Below, in pieces: positions 1-11,068 of a stretch of 64,000 nt of DNA. This stretch comes from Macrostomum lignano (Eukaryota): contig NIVC01002524.1 in the NCBI GenBank assembly GCA_002269645.1, positions 62,001 through 126,000 on the forward strand. The letters are read 5' to 3'. The translations under genes and the position numbers were made by a program. The notes beneath the pieces were generated by a model that was given only the letters and a program-made list of their open reading frames with translations, did not search any database and was not told the origin of the DNA. Positions within the stretch are counted from its first letter, which is position 1. The number at the start of each line of letters is the position of its first letter.

Positions 1-254
1 TCTACCTGTCTCCCTACCTGTCTCTCTACCTGTCTCTCTACCTGTCTCCCTACCTGTCTCTCTACCTGTCTCCCTACCTGTCTCTCTACCTGTCTCTCTA
101 TCTGTCTCTCTTCCTGTCTCCCTACCTGTCTCTCTACCTGTCTCTCTACCTGTCTCTCTTCCTGTCTCCCTACCTGTCTCCCTACCTGTCTCTCTACCTG
201 TCTCCCTACCTGTCTCTCTACCTGTCTCTCTATCTGTCTCTCTTCCTGTCTCCC
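1..254. repeat. 12-bp minisatellite (TACCTGTCTCTC/CC), runs off the window start
   Basis: Unit repeated about 20 times; ends next to a pyrimidine tract and acceptor (gtctttcccag, AG at 264-265). Confidence 0.95.
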
Positions 255-265
255 GTCTTTCCCAG

Positions 266-303
266 ATCCATCCAGCTGTCTCAGGATCTGCTACTACTGG
301 TAG
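266..303 (+). CDS. Possible terminal exon of an upstream gene (xPSSCLRICYYW*)
   Basis: Acceptor tttcccag follows an array, as at other introns here, and a short open frame runs to TAG at 301-303. Frame and identity cannot be confirmed. Confidence 0.25.
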
Positions 304-559
304 CTTTTTAAAACTAAAACTGCATAGACTCTAGATTACTCCAGATTAAAATTGGTCAACCGGATTGTTTATAGCGAAATTCTCTTCGATTTTCCAATGG
401 CAACGATTGGCTCCAATCCTATTCTATTTATAGTTTCTGTAGCTACTAGATATAGCATGCACAATAGCAGATGGGCAACGACCGTTGCTCTCTATTAACT
501 TTTGCCTGAAGTCAAAATTCCTGCAATTAATACTCAATCTAAACTGATCGGCAGCCGCC

Positions 560-3500
560 ATGTCAGCTCAGAAGCCCAGCAACTATCGCTCTCTGGAGGA
601 GTCTTCTCATCCCATTGGCAGCAGTGTGCACCATAGGCTAAGCAATAGTAATAATAAATATTGCTAGTTTTTCATAATTATCAAGCTTGTATTTTAAGTC
701 CGCCAAAGTTTTTATGCAGTAGCCAATTTGTATACTTACTATCAGCTGCTTTATTATGCAGCAATATTCTATTTATTAATTTCAATTCTGTACCAGAGCT
801 TCTGTGTTCTAGTTATTCCATTTTGAAATTTTATCCAGTGTGCTGGTGTTCAGCTTTTTATTGGCTTGTTTTGCTTACTTGGGAGCTGGTTTTTTATTTC
901 AAGCAGAAATAATTAATTCCAATTTTGCCTGCCCCTCTCAACCCCAACCTGCCCCTCTGAACCCCACCCTGCCCCTCTCAACCCCACCCTGCCCCTCTCA
1001 ACCCACCCTGCCCCTCTCAACCCCACCCTGCCCCTCTCAACCCCACCCTGCCCCTCTCAACCCCACCCTGCCCTCTCAACCCCAACCTGCCCCTCTCAAC
1101 CCCACCCTGCCCTCTCAACCCCACCCTGCCCCTCTCAACCCCACCCTGCCCCTCTCAACCCCAACCTGCCCCTCTGAACCCCAACCTGCCCCTCTGAACC
1201 CCACCCTGCCCCTCTCAACCCCACCCTGCCCCTCTCAACCCCACCCTGCCCCTCTCAACCCCAACCTGCCCCTCTGAACCCCACCCTGCCCCTCTGAACC
1301 CCACCCTGCCCCTCTCAACCCCACCCTGCCCCTCTCAACCCCAACCTGCCCCTCTGAACCCCAACCTGCCCCTCTGAACCCCACCCTGCCCCTCTGAACC
1401 CCACCCTGCCCCTCTGAACCCCACCCTGCCCCTCTCAACCCCACCCTGCCCCTCTGAACCCCACCCTGCCCCTCTGAACCCCACCCTGCCCCTCTGAACC
1501 CCACCCTGCCCCTCTGAACCCCACCCTGCCCCTCTGAACCCCACCCTGCCCCTCTGAACCCCACCCTGCCCCTCTGAACCCCACCCTGCCCCTCTGGACC
1601 CCGCATGCCCCAGGCCTGTTTCACACCATCTTAATCCGGAGACAGTTTCTGACACTCCCGACTGATTTCCGTCGCCATCCCGCAGATGCCCGCGGCCTGC
1701 TGAGCGATGCCGCCGATCGAGACATCGGCAGCGGAGCCGACAGTAAGGCGACGGCCTCGGCTAGCTCAGATTTTGATGGCATCGGCGACGGCGAGGAGAC
1801 CTACACGGTGGAGCATGCAGTTGAGAAGCTGGGATTTGGTCGGTTCCAGCTACGGATTCTGTTCATTTGCGGCATCATGACGGTGAGAGTTTCGTTGAAA
1901 AATCAATATAGTTAGCGAAATCCCGCCCACACAGTCTAGCAAGAGAGCAGAAAGAATTTCCTATGTAGCTACACCGACCAGCTGCTCAAACTGCAAAAGT
2001 AGCTCTCCTTACAGGACTCACTTTTTTCTGAATTGTTGCAGTTCACGCACAGACCGTTCGCTTCTTCTACTGGGTATGAAAGTCTCGCGATATTTTAAAA
2101 GTTCTTGGCTCAAATTCCTAGTCGACCTCGCTTGCTGCGTCGTATTAGTTGTTAAATAACTGTCATGTGTTGCGAGTTTGCAAGAAATCTTCATAGTGAT
2201 GCAATTTGTGTAGCCAGTGTTTCTAGTTACTTATATTCTAAGGCAAAATGTTTAATGCGCTGTGCTTTGAGCTACAGCCTTCAGATGCAAATTTTGTAGA
2301 TACAGATATAAAAGCCAGACACAGACAGACAATCTGTAGAGCTACAGAACCCAGACACAAACAGTCTGTAGAGCTGCAGAACCCAGATACAGACAGACAA
2401 TCTGTAGAGCTACAGAACCCAGATACAGACAGACAGTCTGTAGAGCTACAGAACCCAGATACAGACAGACAATCTGTAGAGCTACAGAACCCAGATACAG
2501 ACAGACAATCTGTAGAGCTACAGAACCCAGATACAGACAGACAGTCTGTAGAGCTACAGAACCCAGATACAGACAGACAATCTGTAGAGCTACAGAACCC
2601 AGATACAGACAGACAATCTGTAGAGCTACAGAACCCAGATACAGACAGACAATCTGTAGAGCTACAGAACCCAGATACAGACAGACAATCTGTAGAGCTA
2701 CAGAACCCAGATACAGACAGACAGTCTGTAGAGCTACAGAAACCAGACACAGACAGACAATCTGTAGAGCTACAGAACCCAGACAGAGCCCAGACACACT
2801 GTCCGCACGCTATTCCCGCTCCGCGCAGGCCGCGGACGCCATGGAGATGCTGCTTCTCTCTGTACTGGGCCCGGCACTTCGCTGCGACTGGCAGCTCAGC
2901 TCCGCCCAGGTGGCCATCATCACCACGGTGGTGTTTGCGGGCATGTTCGGCGGCGCGCCCGCCTGGGGCGCCGTGTCGGACAAGCACGGCCGGAGAGGCG
3001 TGTTCGGCCTGAGCCTGAGCCTCATCGCCTATTTCGGCCTGCTATGCTCATTCTCGCCAAGCTTTTTCTGGCTGGTGTCGCTCCGCGGCATGGTTGGATT
3101 CTGCATCAGCGGCGCCACCTCATCCTTCACGCTGCTGTCCGAGTACCTGCCTCAGACCTACAGGGCCAAAGTGCTCATAGCCTACAATGTGTTCTGGGGA
3201 TTGGGAAGTTCGTTTGAAGTTCTTCTGGCCTACATGGTGTTGCCTAACCTGGGATGGCGCTACCTGACTGCCTTCTCTGCCCTGCCGCTCTTCATCTTCA
3301 TGCTGGCTCTGGGGGTGAGTTCTGTGTTATCGCCTCTGCAATCACCTCCATCAACTATCTTCCCTACAATCTCCTCCATCAAGAATTATCCCTACAGTCT
3401 CCTCCATCAAGAACTATCCCTACAGTCTCCTCCATCAAGAACTATCCCTACAGTCTCCTCCATCAGGAATCGCCCCTACAATCTACATTGAGACTCTCCA

Positions 3501-6500
3501 CAATAACCTTGGTGAATCTCCGCAATAACCTTGTAAAATCTCCACAATAACCTTGGTGAATCTCCGCAATAACCTTGTAAAATCTCCACAATAACCTTGG
3601 TGAATCTCCGCAATAACCTTGTAAAATCTCCACAATAACCTTGGTGAATCTCCGCAATAACCTTGTAAAATCTCCACAATAACCTTGGTGAATCTCCGCA
3701 ATAACCTTGTAAAATCTCCACAATAACCTTGGTGAATCTCCGCAATAACCTTGTAAAATCTCCACAATAACCTTGAGGAATCTCCCCAATAACCTTAAGG
3801 AATCTCCCCAATAACCTTAAGAAATCTCCCCAATAACCTTTTAAAATCTCCACAATAACCTTGGGAAATCTCCCCAATAACCTTAAGGAATCTCCCCAAT
3901 AACCTTAAGAAATCTCCCCAATAACCTTTTAAAATCTCCACAATAACCTTGGGAAATCTCCCCAATAACCTTGAGGAATCTCCCCAATAACCTTAAGGAA
4001 TCTCCCCAATAACCTTTTAAAATCTCCACAATAACCTTGGGAAATCTCCCCAATAACCTCGGGGAATCTCCCAATATTCACCTTGGTGAATTTCCCCAAT
4101 AACCTTTTAAAATCTCCACAATAACCTTGGGAAATCTCCCCAATAACCTCGGGGAATCTCCCAATATTCACCTTGGTGAATTTCCCCAATAACCTTGGGG
4201 AATCTCCCTAATAACCTTGAGGAATCTGTTGTAAAGTGAGTTTACTCACTGCTTTGTTTTGCTAGTCGGTGTTTGGGGGTCAAGGGATCCGATGTACATG
4301 CGCGCTCTGTTTGTATATGTACATGCGTTCTCGAGTAAATATAAGAATAGCTCCACCCTTTGGGTGAGGCTTTGAATTTTGTTTGTTGGACTAAACCTGA
4401 CTGGCTTGTCTCTCGCTCACCACAGAATCTCCCCAATAACCTTAAGGAATCTCCCCAATAACCTTTTAAATCTCCACAATAACCTTGGGGAATCTCCCTG
4501 AATAACCTTGGTGAATTTCCCCAATAACCTTGGGGAATCTCCCCAATAACCTTGGAGAATCTACCCAATATCCTTGAAGAATCTCTTAATAACCTTGGGG
4601 AATCTCCTCTTTAAATAGAAGAACTTTAAAATGCTACTATCTCATTGGCTCATTGCTGTTTAGTTCCTGCCTGAATCTGCCCGATACCTGCTGGCTTCCG
4701 GGCAGCCTAAGAAGGCGGCCGCCGTCATCGACCAGATTGCCAGAGACAATCGAAAGCCGCCAATGACTGGCCGGCCTGTGGCCGCCAGCGTCACGGAGGT
4801 GAGAATTTTTTTGCTGAAATCTGACATTTTCGTGGGTCTCTAGATCAGTCTAATTGAGAGGGTTGCCTAACTAAGAGGGTTGCCTAACTAAGAGGGTTGC
4901 CCAACTAAGAGGGTTGCCTAACTAAGAAGGTTGTCTAGCTAAGTGGATTGCCTAATTGAGAAGGTTGTCTAGCTAAGTGGGTTGCCTAATTGAGAGGGTT
5001 GTCTAACCAAGTGGGTTGCCTAATTGAGAGGGTTGTCTAACCAAGTGGGTTGCCTAATTGAGAGGGTTGCCTAACCAAGTGGGTTGCCTAATTGAGAGGG
5101 TTGCCTAACCAAGTGGGTTGCCTAATTGAGAGGGTTGCCTAACCAAGTGGGTTGCCTAATTGAGAGGGTTGCCAGACGAAGAGGGTTGCATAAGAGAGTT
5201 TCCCGACAAATTATGAAAGTTCTCAGACTAAGTGAACTGTCATTAACTATCTGAATTTAGATCTTTTATAAAAAACGATTTAAAAAATATCCATCTAGCA
5301 AGCGACAATCTTTCCTTGTGCCTCTGCGTCCGAGGTTTCAGGCTGACCGGGGCACCCTGCTGTCGCTGTTCCACCCCAACTACAGGCGCACCACGCTCAC
5401 CCTGTTCTTCATGTGGTTCGGCGTTGCCTTCCTGTACTATGGCATCGTGCTGATTAGCACAGAGATCTTTCACTTTCACAGCGACTGCTACGGTAGCTCC
5501 GAGGTCACCGTAGGTCACAACACCACGGAGATTGTCACTGACGAGTCCTGCTGTCGGAGTCTGCAGCCGGACGATTATAAGGCCATGCTAATCTCTTCGT
5601 TTGGCGAGTTCGTCATCATACCGTTTAATCTGATCACGATTGACGCCCTGGGCAGGCGTTGGACTATGGCTATTAATTATGGACTCACCAGCGTGTTCTT
5701 TGGCCTCACCTATATCTGCGTGCCCAAGGCTGTCACTACAGCTTTTCTGTTCATGATTCGGGCGCATGCGGCTGGCATATTCAATACCATCTATATTTAT
5801 ACTGTGGAGGTGCGTTTTCACTGTTTTCTGCTGTCTGTGACTGCCTGACGAATGGAAACTGCCGTGTCTGTGTGACTGCCTGACGAATGGAAACTGCCGT
5901 GTCTGTGTGACTGCCTGACGAATGGAAACTGCTGTCTGTGACTGCCTGACGAATGGAAACTGCTGTCTGTGACTGCCTGACGAATGGAAACTGCTGTCTG
6001 TGACTGCCTGACGAATGGAAACTGCTGTCTGTGACTGCCTGACGAATGGAAACTGCTGTCTGTGACTGCCTGACGAATGGAAACTGCCGTGTCTGTGACT
6101 GCCTGACGAATGGAAACTGCCGTCTGTGACTGCCTGACGAATGGAAACTGCTGTCTGTGACTGCCTGACGAATGGAAACTGCCGTGTCTGTGGCTGCCTG
6201 ACGAATGGAAACTGCCGTGTCTGTGGCTGCCTGACGAATGGAAACTGCCGTGTCTGTGGCTGCCTGACGAATGGAAACTGCCGTGTCTGTGGCTGCCTGA
6301 CGAATGGAAACTGCCGTGTCTGTGACTGCCTGACGAATGGAAACTGCTGTGTCTGTGGCTGCCTGACGAATGGAAACTGCCGTGTCTGTGGCTGCCTGAC
6401 GAATGGAAACTGCCGTGTCTGTGGCTGCCTGACGAATGGAAACTGCCGTGTCTATGGCTGCCTGACGAATGGAAACTGCTGTGTCTGTGGCTGCCTGACG

Positions 6501-7054
6501 AATGGAAACTGCCGTGTCTGTGGCTGCCTGACGAATGGAAACTGCCGTGTCTGTGGCTGCCTGACGAATGGAAACTGCCGTGTCTGTCTGTGAGTGCCTG
6601 ACGAATGGAAACTGCCATGTCTGCGGGTGATGATCGGAAACTGCCGTGTCTGCGGGTGATGATCGGAAACTGCCATCTATGATGCCTACTAAAAAGTCCA
6701 ATCCAGTTCGCACCTGCTCAATCTCTCCGCCAGGTGTACCCAACCGTAGTGCGCAGTGTTGGCCTTGGCGTCTGCTCCTCGATAGCTCGACTCGGCTCGA
6801 TGTCGACTCCATTTGTAGCGCAGGTGCTGATGCCGGACGTCAGCGTCCTGCTAGCGTTCTGCGTCTACGTGACCGTTGCCGTGGCCTGCGCCGTCCTAGC
6901 CCTACTGCTGCCGATTGAAACACGCGGTCGCGCGATGCCGCAGGGCTTGGCGGAGGCAGACCCGGACATTGTGGCTTTCAGGGCCGACAGCGTCGATGGC
7001 GAGGGCAGGGGCGCCACGGCAGAGATTCGAATGCAGGGCCGCTCGGAGAACTGA
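560..7054 (+). CDS. SVOP: SVOP/SV2-related MFS transporter, about 556 aa; join(560..623,1686..1882,2829..3314,4664..4798,5342..5809,6734..7054)
   Basis: Motifs TYTVEHAVEKLGFGRFQ, ADAMEMLLLSVLGPALRCDW, SDKHGRR, LPESARYLL and EVYPTVVRSVGLGVCSSIARLG match SVOP. Exons 2-6 have GT-AG borders with consistent phases, and the total of 1671 nt is divisible by 3. Exon 1 (560..623) is tentative. Confidence 0.9.
928..1596. repeat. 20-bp C-rich minisatellite (CCCCACCCTGCCCCTCTCAA) in SVOP intron 1
   Basis: About 33 tandem units visible. Confidence 0.95.
2292..2785. repeat. 36-bp minisatellite (ATCTGTAGAGCTACAGAACCCAGATACAGACAGACA) in SVOP intron 2
   Basis: About 13 units; source of the spurious SVELQNPDTDRQ ORF. 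Confidence 0.95.
3345..4610. repeat. About 22-bp minisatellite (AATCTCCCCAATAACCTTGG-like), with a 44-bp dimeric higher-order repeat at about 3490-3770, in SVOP intron 3
   Basis: Tandem units visible; interrupted by about 200 bp of unique sequence at 4228-4424. Confidence 0.9.
4856..5190. repeat. 17-bp / 34-bp dimer minisatellite (AGAGGGTTGCCTAACTA) in SVOP intron 4
   Basis: Tandem units visible. Confidence 0.9.
5830..6672. repeat. 31-35-bp minisatellite (CTGCCTGACGAATGGAAACTGCCGTGTCTGTGG) in SVOP intron 5
   Basis: About 25 units beginning about 20 nt after the donor at 5810. Confidence 0.95.
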
Positions 7055-7145
7055 AGCTGCCTCGGAATCGTTTATTGAGTGCAATCGGCAAATAGTTTAG
7101 CAATCATATTGATGAGTCAATCAGGTATCTTAGCCAACTATGCTC

Positions 7146-7627
7146 CACCAATCAGATAGCTCAGCCAATCAGATAGCTTAGCCAATCAGACAGCTTAGCC
7201 AATCAGATAGCTTAGCCAATCAGACAGCTTAGCCAATCAGACAGCTTAGCCAATCAGATAGCTTAGCTAATTAGATAACTTAGCCAATCAGATAGCTTAG
7301 CCAATCAGATAGCTTAGCCAATCAGACAGCTTAGCCAATCAGATAGCTTAGCCAATTAGATAACTTAGCCAATCAGAGTGGTCAGCCAATCAGATAGCTT
7401 AGCCAATCAGACAGTTTAGCCAATCAGATAGCTTAGCTAATTAGATAACTTAGCCAATCAGACAGCTTAGCCAATCAGATAGCTTAGCCAATCAGACAGC
7501 TTAGCCAATTAGATAGCTTAGCCAATTAGATAGCTTAGCCAATCAGATAGCTTAGCCAATCAGATAGCTTAGCCAATCAGACAGCTTAGCCAATCAGATA
7601 GCTTAGCCAATCAGATAGCTTAGCTAA
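7146..7627. repeat. 17-bp minisatellite (AGCCAATCAGATAGCTT) downstream of SVOP
   Basis: About 28 units; a short related array occurs at 8572-8655. Confidence 0.95.
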
Positions 7628-8571
7628 GCATTAGAAACACTGGAAGAGCTTTTCGTATTGTTTTAATCTAAGTCAAAACCGTAACAATTATTTCCTAAAT
7701 GCTCCGTATTGAAACTGTGTGTGCTTTCCTGTCTTAATTAGCTCGGTAGTAATGCTTCATCATTGCCATGTCTGGTTTTGGTTTACAAATTAAATGTAAT
7801 TTAGAGCCTTTATCTTATTGGCTATTTAACGGCATTTTTTGATATTACAATGCGCATCTCCATCATATAGGTTTACTCACCTGTTGTATTGATAGTTTAA
7901 GCCTGTACTTATTCATTCGAATAGGCTCATTAACTGCTCTCACCTGTTGCATTAATAGCGCTTTTATTCCAAGCCGTATATATTGATCTATATTTTGCGT
8001 TCTTCCACTCGGCGCATTTTCCCGGCTTTTTCTGTTGCGTTTTTTCCCCAGAACTTTGTTGTATTTTTTGATGTAAACAATTCCATTATATATCGAGTGG
8101 GAGAATTTCAGATTTTATCAGATACTTCTTATATCCACTTTGTAATTCTGCTGTTGTTGCGGTCCAAGCTTCACAACTATTTATTGATAGAGCTATTTGA
8201 CTTTGCGAGAGCTAAGCTTATAAATGGCACTATACATTGTTTGCGCTGCATATTATCTAGTAATTATTATTGCCACAGTAAACATGACAGATAGTTTTAA
8301 CCTTTTCTCCCCCTGATTTTGGGCCTAGGCCAGGAGTCGGCAAACTTTTTTACCTCAAGGGCTAGATAAAGAATCCAGTTCATGGCTGCGGGCCAGATGA
8401 GAGAGGAAATGAGAGGGAAATCGTAGATAGAGATGAGAGACAAACGATGGAAGATAAGAAAAGAAAAGAAGGGAAAGAAGAGAGAGGAGAGGGAGAGAAA
8501 TGGGGAAGAAGAGACAGCAACCTTGAGCGGGCCGGATTGCTATTGTGAAGTTTCAAAGGTCGGATCCTATG

Positions 8572-8655
8572 CTCAGCCAATCAGATAGCTCAGCCAATTA
8601 GATTGCTCGACTAATTAGATTGCTCAGCCAATTAGATTGCTTAGCCAATCAGATT
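8572..8655. repeat. Short 17-bp array related to the 7146-7627 array
   Basis: About 5 units of AGCCAATYAGATWGCTY. Confidence 0.75.
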
Positions 8656-9204
8656 GCTCTGCCATCTGAATAGTTTTAGCTTTTGTCTGGCTAAGTTAGA
8701 AAACAGGCATCCAAAGTTGAAAGCCTACAGTAACAACGACAGGTTGGACCATAGACAACACGAACAAATTAGACACCTAGAGTCGGGTATCCAGACTTCA
8801 ATTTATGGTCACAGAGCAATTTGTAGCCAAGTTCCGAAAAAATGCGGGCTGTCTATGGCCAAACCTGTCAACCTGTGTTTCTGTAAGTTTACAAATTAAT
8901 GACCATTACTCATAAAGATTGATTTGATGTTGTTTCAATTGTCGTTTTAATGGATCAGTGCGTTGTTGCTGTTGTTGCTGTTGTTAGGCATCTGTCTGTG
9001 ACCATTATTTTGTGCTTGACAATTATAGCTTTATGCGATAAGTTTATTAATCTGCCATGCGCATATCAGGTGTATTGAGTTATTTAAATAGATGTATCCA
9101 GATTAACAAGAAGTTGCTTGCCTAACGATGGCATTTGAAAACGAACTGCTTTTTTAAACTAGTTACTGAACATTTTCTGGCTGAGAGTCATTCTGAGAGT
9201 GAGG

Positions 9205-9722
9205 CTGAGAGTGAGGGAAGGAAGCGGGGAGGAAGGGAGAGTGAGGGAAGAAAGCGGGGAGGAAGGGAGAGTGAGGGAAGAAAGCGGGGAGGAAGGGAGA
9301 GTGAGGGAAGAAAGCGGGGAGGAAGGGAGAGTGAGGGAAGAAAGCGGGGAGGAAGGGAGAGTGAGGGAAGAAAGCGGGGAGGAAGGGAGAGTGAGGGAAG
9401 AAAGCGGGTAGGAAGAGAGAGTGAGGGAGAAAGCGGGGAGGAAGGGAGAGTGAGGGAGAAAGCGGGGAGGGAGAGTGAGGGAAGAAAGCGGGGAGGAAGG
9501 GAGAGTGAGGGAAGAAAGCGGGAGGAAGGGAGAGTGAGGGAAGAAAGCGGGAGGAAGGAGGGAGAGTGAGGGAAGAAAGCGGGGAGGAAGGGAGAGTGAG
9601 GGAAGAAAGCGGGGAGGAAGGGAGAGTGAGGGAGAAAGCGGGGAGGAAGGGAGAGTGAGGGAAGAAAGCGGGGAGGAAGGGAGAGTGAGGGAGAAAGCGG
9701 GGAGGAAGGGAGAGTGAGGGAA
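9205..9722. repeat. 30-bp purine-rich minisatellite (GAGTGAGGGAAGAAAGCGGGGAGGAAGGGA)
   Basis: About 17 units. Confidence 0.95.
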
Positions 9723-9872
9723 GGTAGTCAGGAAGAGAGGCTATAGAAAGGACAGTGGCGAGCTTACACAGCCATACGCGCAATGATTACAGAGCCGTGG
9801 CCAATTTTCAAATTCATGTACCGCGGTCTTCCAGACTTCACACTTGAGCATTAGAGCTGTAGAAGCAGCAGC

Positions 9873-10142
9873 ATGCGCTGGTGGCGGGTCGCCAGCTACT
9901 GCCTGACATTCGGCCTGGGCTTCGCCTGCGGCTACGGAGCCTACGCGGCCAGGCTGCGCTTTCTGCGCTGGCGGCAGGACCGGCTGGCTAGGAAGCTGGG
10001 CTCCGTGCGGGACCAGCTGCGGCGGGCCACGGGCGGCAGCACAGTCGGGGCTGGGGCTGCGGCGGCCGCGGCCGCGATTAGACGGCGGGCTGACAGCGGC
10101 AGCGCTGAAGCCTCTGCGACTGATGGCGGCGAGGTGCTGTAG
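9873..10142 (+). CDS. MTLN: Mitoregulin-like single-pass microprotein, 89 aa, with an Ala/Gly-rich C-terminal extension
   Basis: TFGLGFACGYGAYAARLRFLRWRQDRLARKLGSVRDQL aligns without gaps to human mitoregulin AFASGVLLGWQANRLRRRYLDWRKRRLQDKLAATQKKL (recalled sequence; 14/38 identical). GC3-rich codons; AATAAA at about 10248. Confidence 0.7.
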   Translation: MRWWRVASYCLTFGLGFACGYGAYAARLRFLRWRQDRLARKLGSVRDQLRRATGGSTVGAGAAAAAAAIRRRADSGSAEASATDGGEVL

Positions 10143-10321
10143 ATGGATGAACACTGGCGCACTGACTGACTTTGTATTCCTATTTGTTGCTACTACAGTT
10201 GTACAAGCGAAGTACAATATGTTTCCCTGTTAGCTGTTTTATGTTTTAAATAAACGATACCAATTTTGCTTTGTATTCATTTTGGAACTTGATTCTTTAT
10301 TTTAATGCTAGGATACAGGAA

Positions 10322-11050
10322 AGTAGATAGTACAGACAGATAGTACAGACAGGTAGTACAGACAGGTAGTACAGACAGGTAGTACAGACAGGTAGATAAT
10401 ACAGACAGATAGTACAGACAGGTAGATAGTACAGACAGGTAGATAGTACAGACAGGTAGATAGTACAGACAGGTAGATAGTACAGACAGGTAGATAGTAC
10501 AGACAGGTAGATAGTACAGACAGGTAGATAGTACAGACAGGTAGATAGTACAGACAGGTAGATAGTACAGACAGGTAGATAGTACAGACAGGTAGATAGT
10601 ACAGACAGGTAGATAGTACAGACATGTAGATAATACAGACAGTAGATAGTACAGATAGGTAGATAGTACAGACAGGTAGATAGTACAGACAGGTAGACTG
10701 AGCTGACAGGTAGACAGAGCTGACAGGTAGACAGAGCTGACAGGTAGACAGAGCTGACAGGTAGACAGAGCTGACAGGTAAACAGAGCTGACAGGTAGAC
10801 AGAGCTGACAGGTAGACAGAGCTGACAGGTAGACAGAGCTGACAGGTAGACAGAGCTGACAGGTAGACAAAGCTGACAGGTAAACAGAGCTGACAGGTAG
10901 ACAGAGCTGACAGGTAGACAGAGCTGACAGGTAGACAGAGCTGACAGGTAGACAGAGCTGACAGGTAGACAGAGCTGACAGGTAGACAGAGCTGACAGGT
11001 ACACAGAGCTGACAGGTAAACTGAGCTGACAGGTACACAGAGCTGACAGG
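10322..11050. repeat. Compound array of two 17-bp units (AGATAGTACAGACAGGT, then AGACAGAGCTGACAGGT)
   Basis: Abrupt unit switch at about 10695. Confidence 0.95.
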
Positions 11051-11068
11051 TATTAAACCCTTTCAAAG

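Noticed and set aside
2248-3012. 254-aa ORF with SVELQNPDTDRQ repeats
   Set aside because: Read-through of a 36-bp intronic array; the true SVOP exon begins at 2829 in another frame.
6141-6593. Cys-rich CGCLTNGNCRV repeat ORF resembling a metallothionein
   Set aside because: Lies inside SVOP intron 5; the array has 31- and 35-bp units that break the frame.
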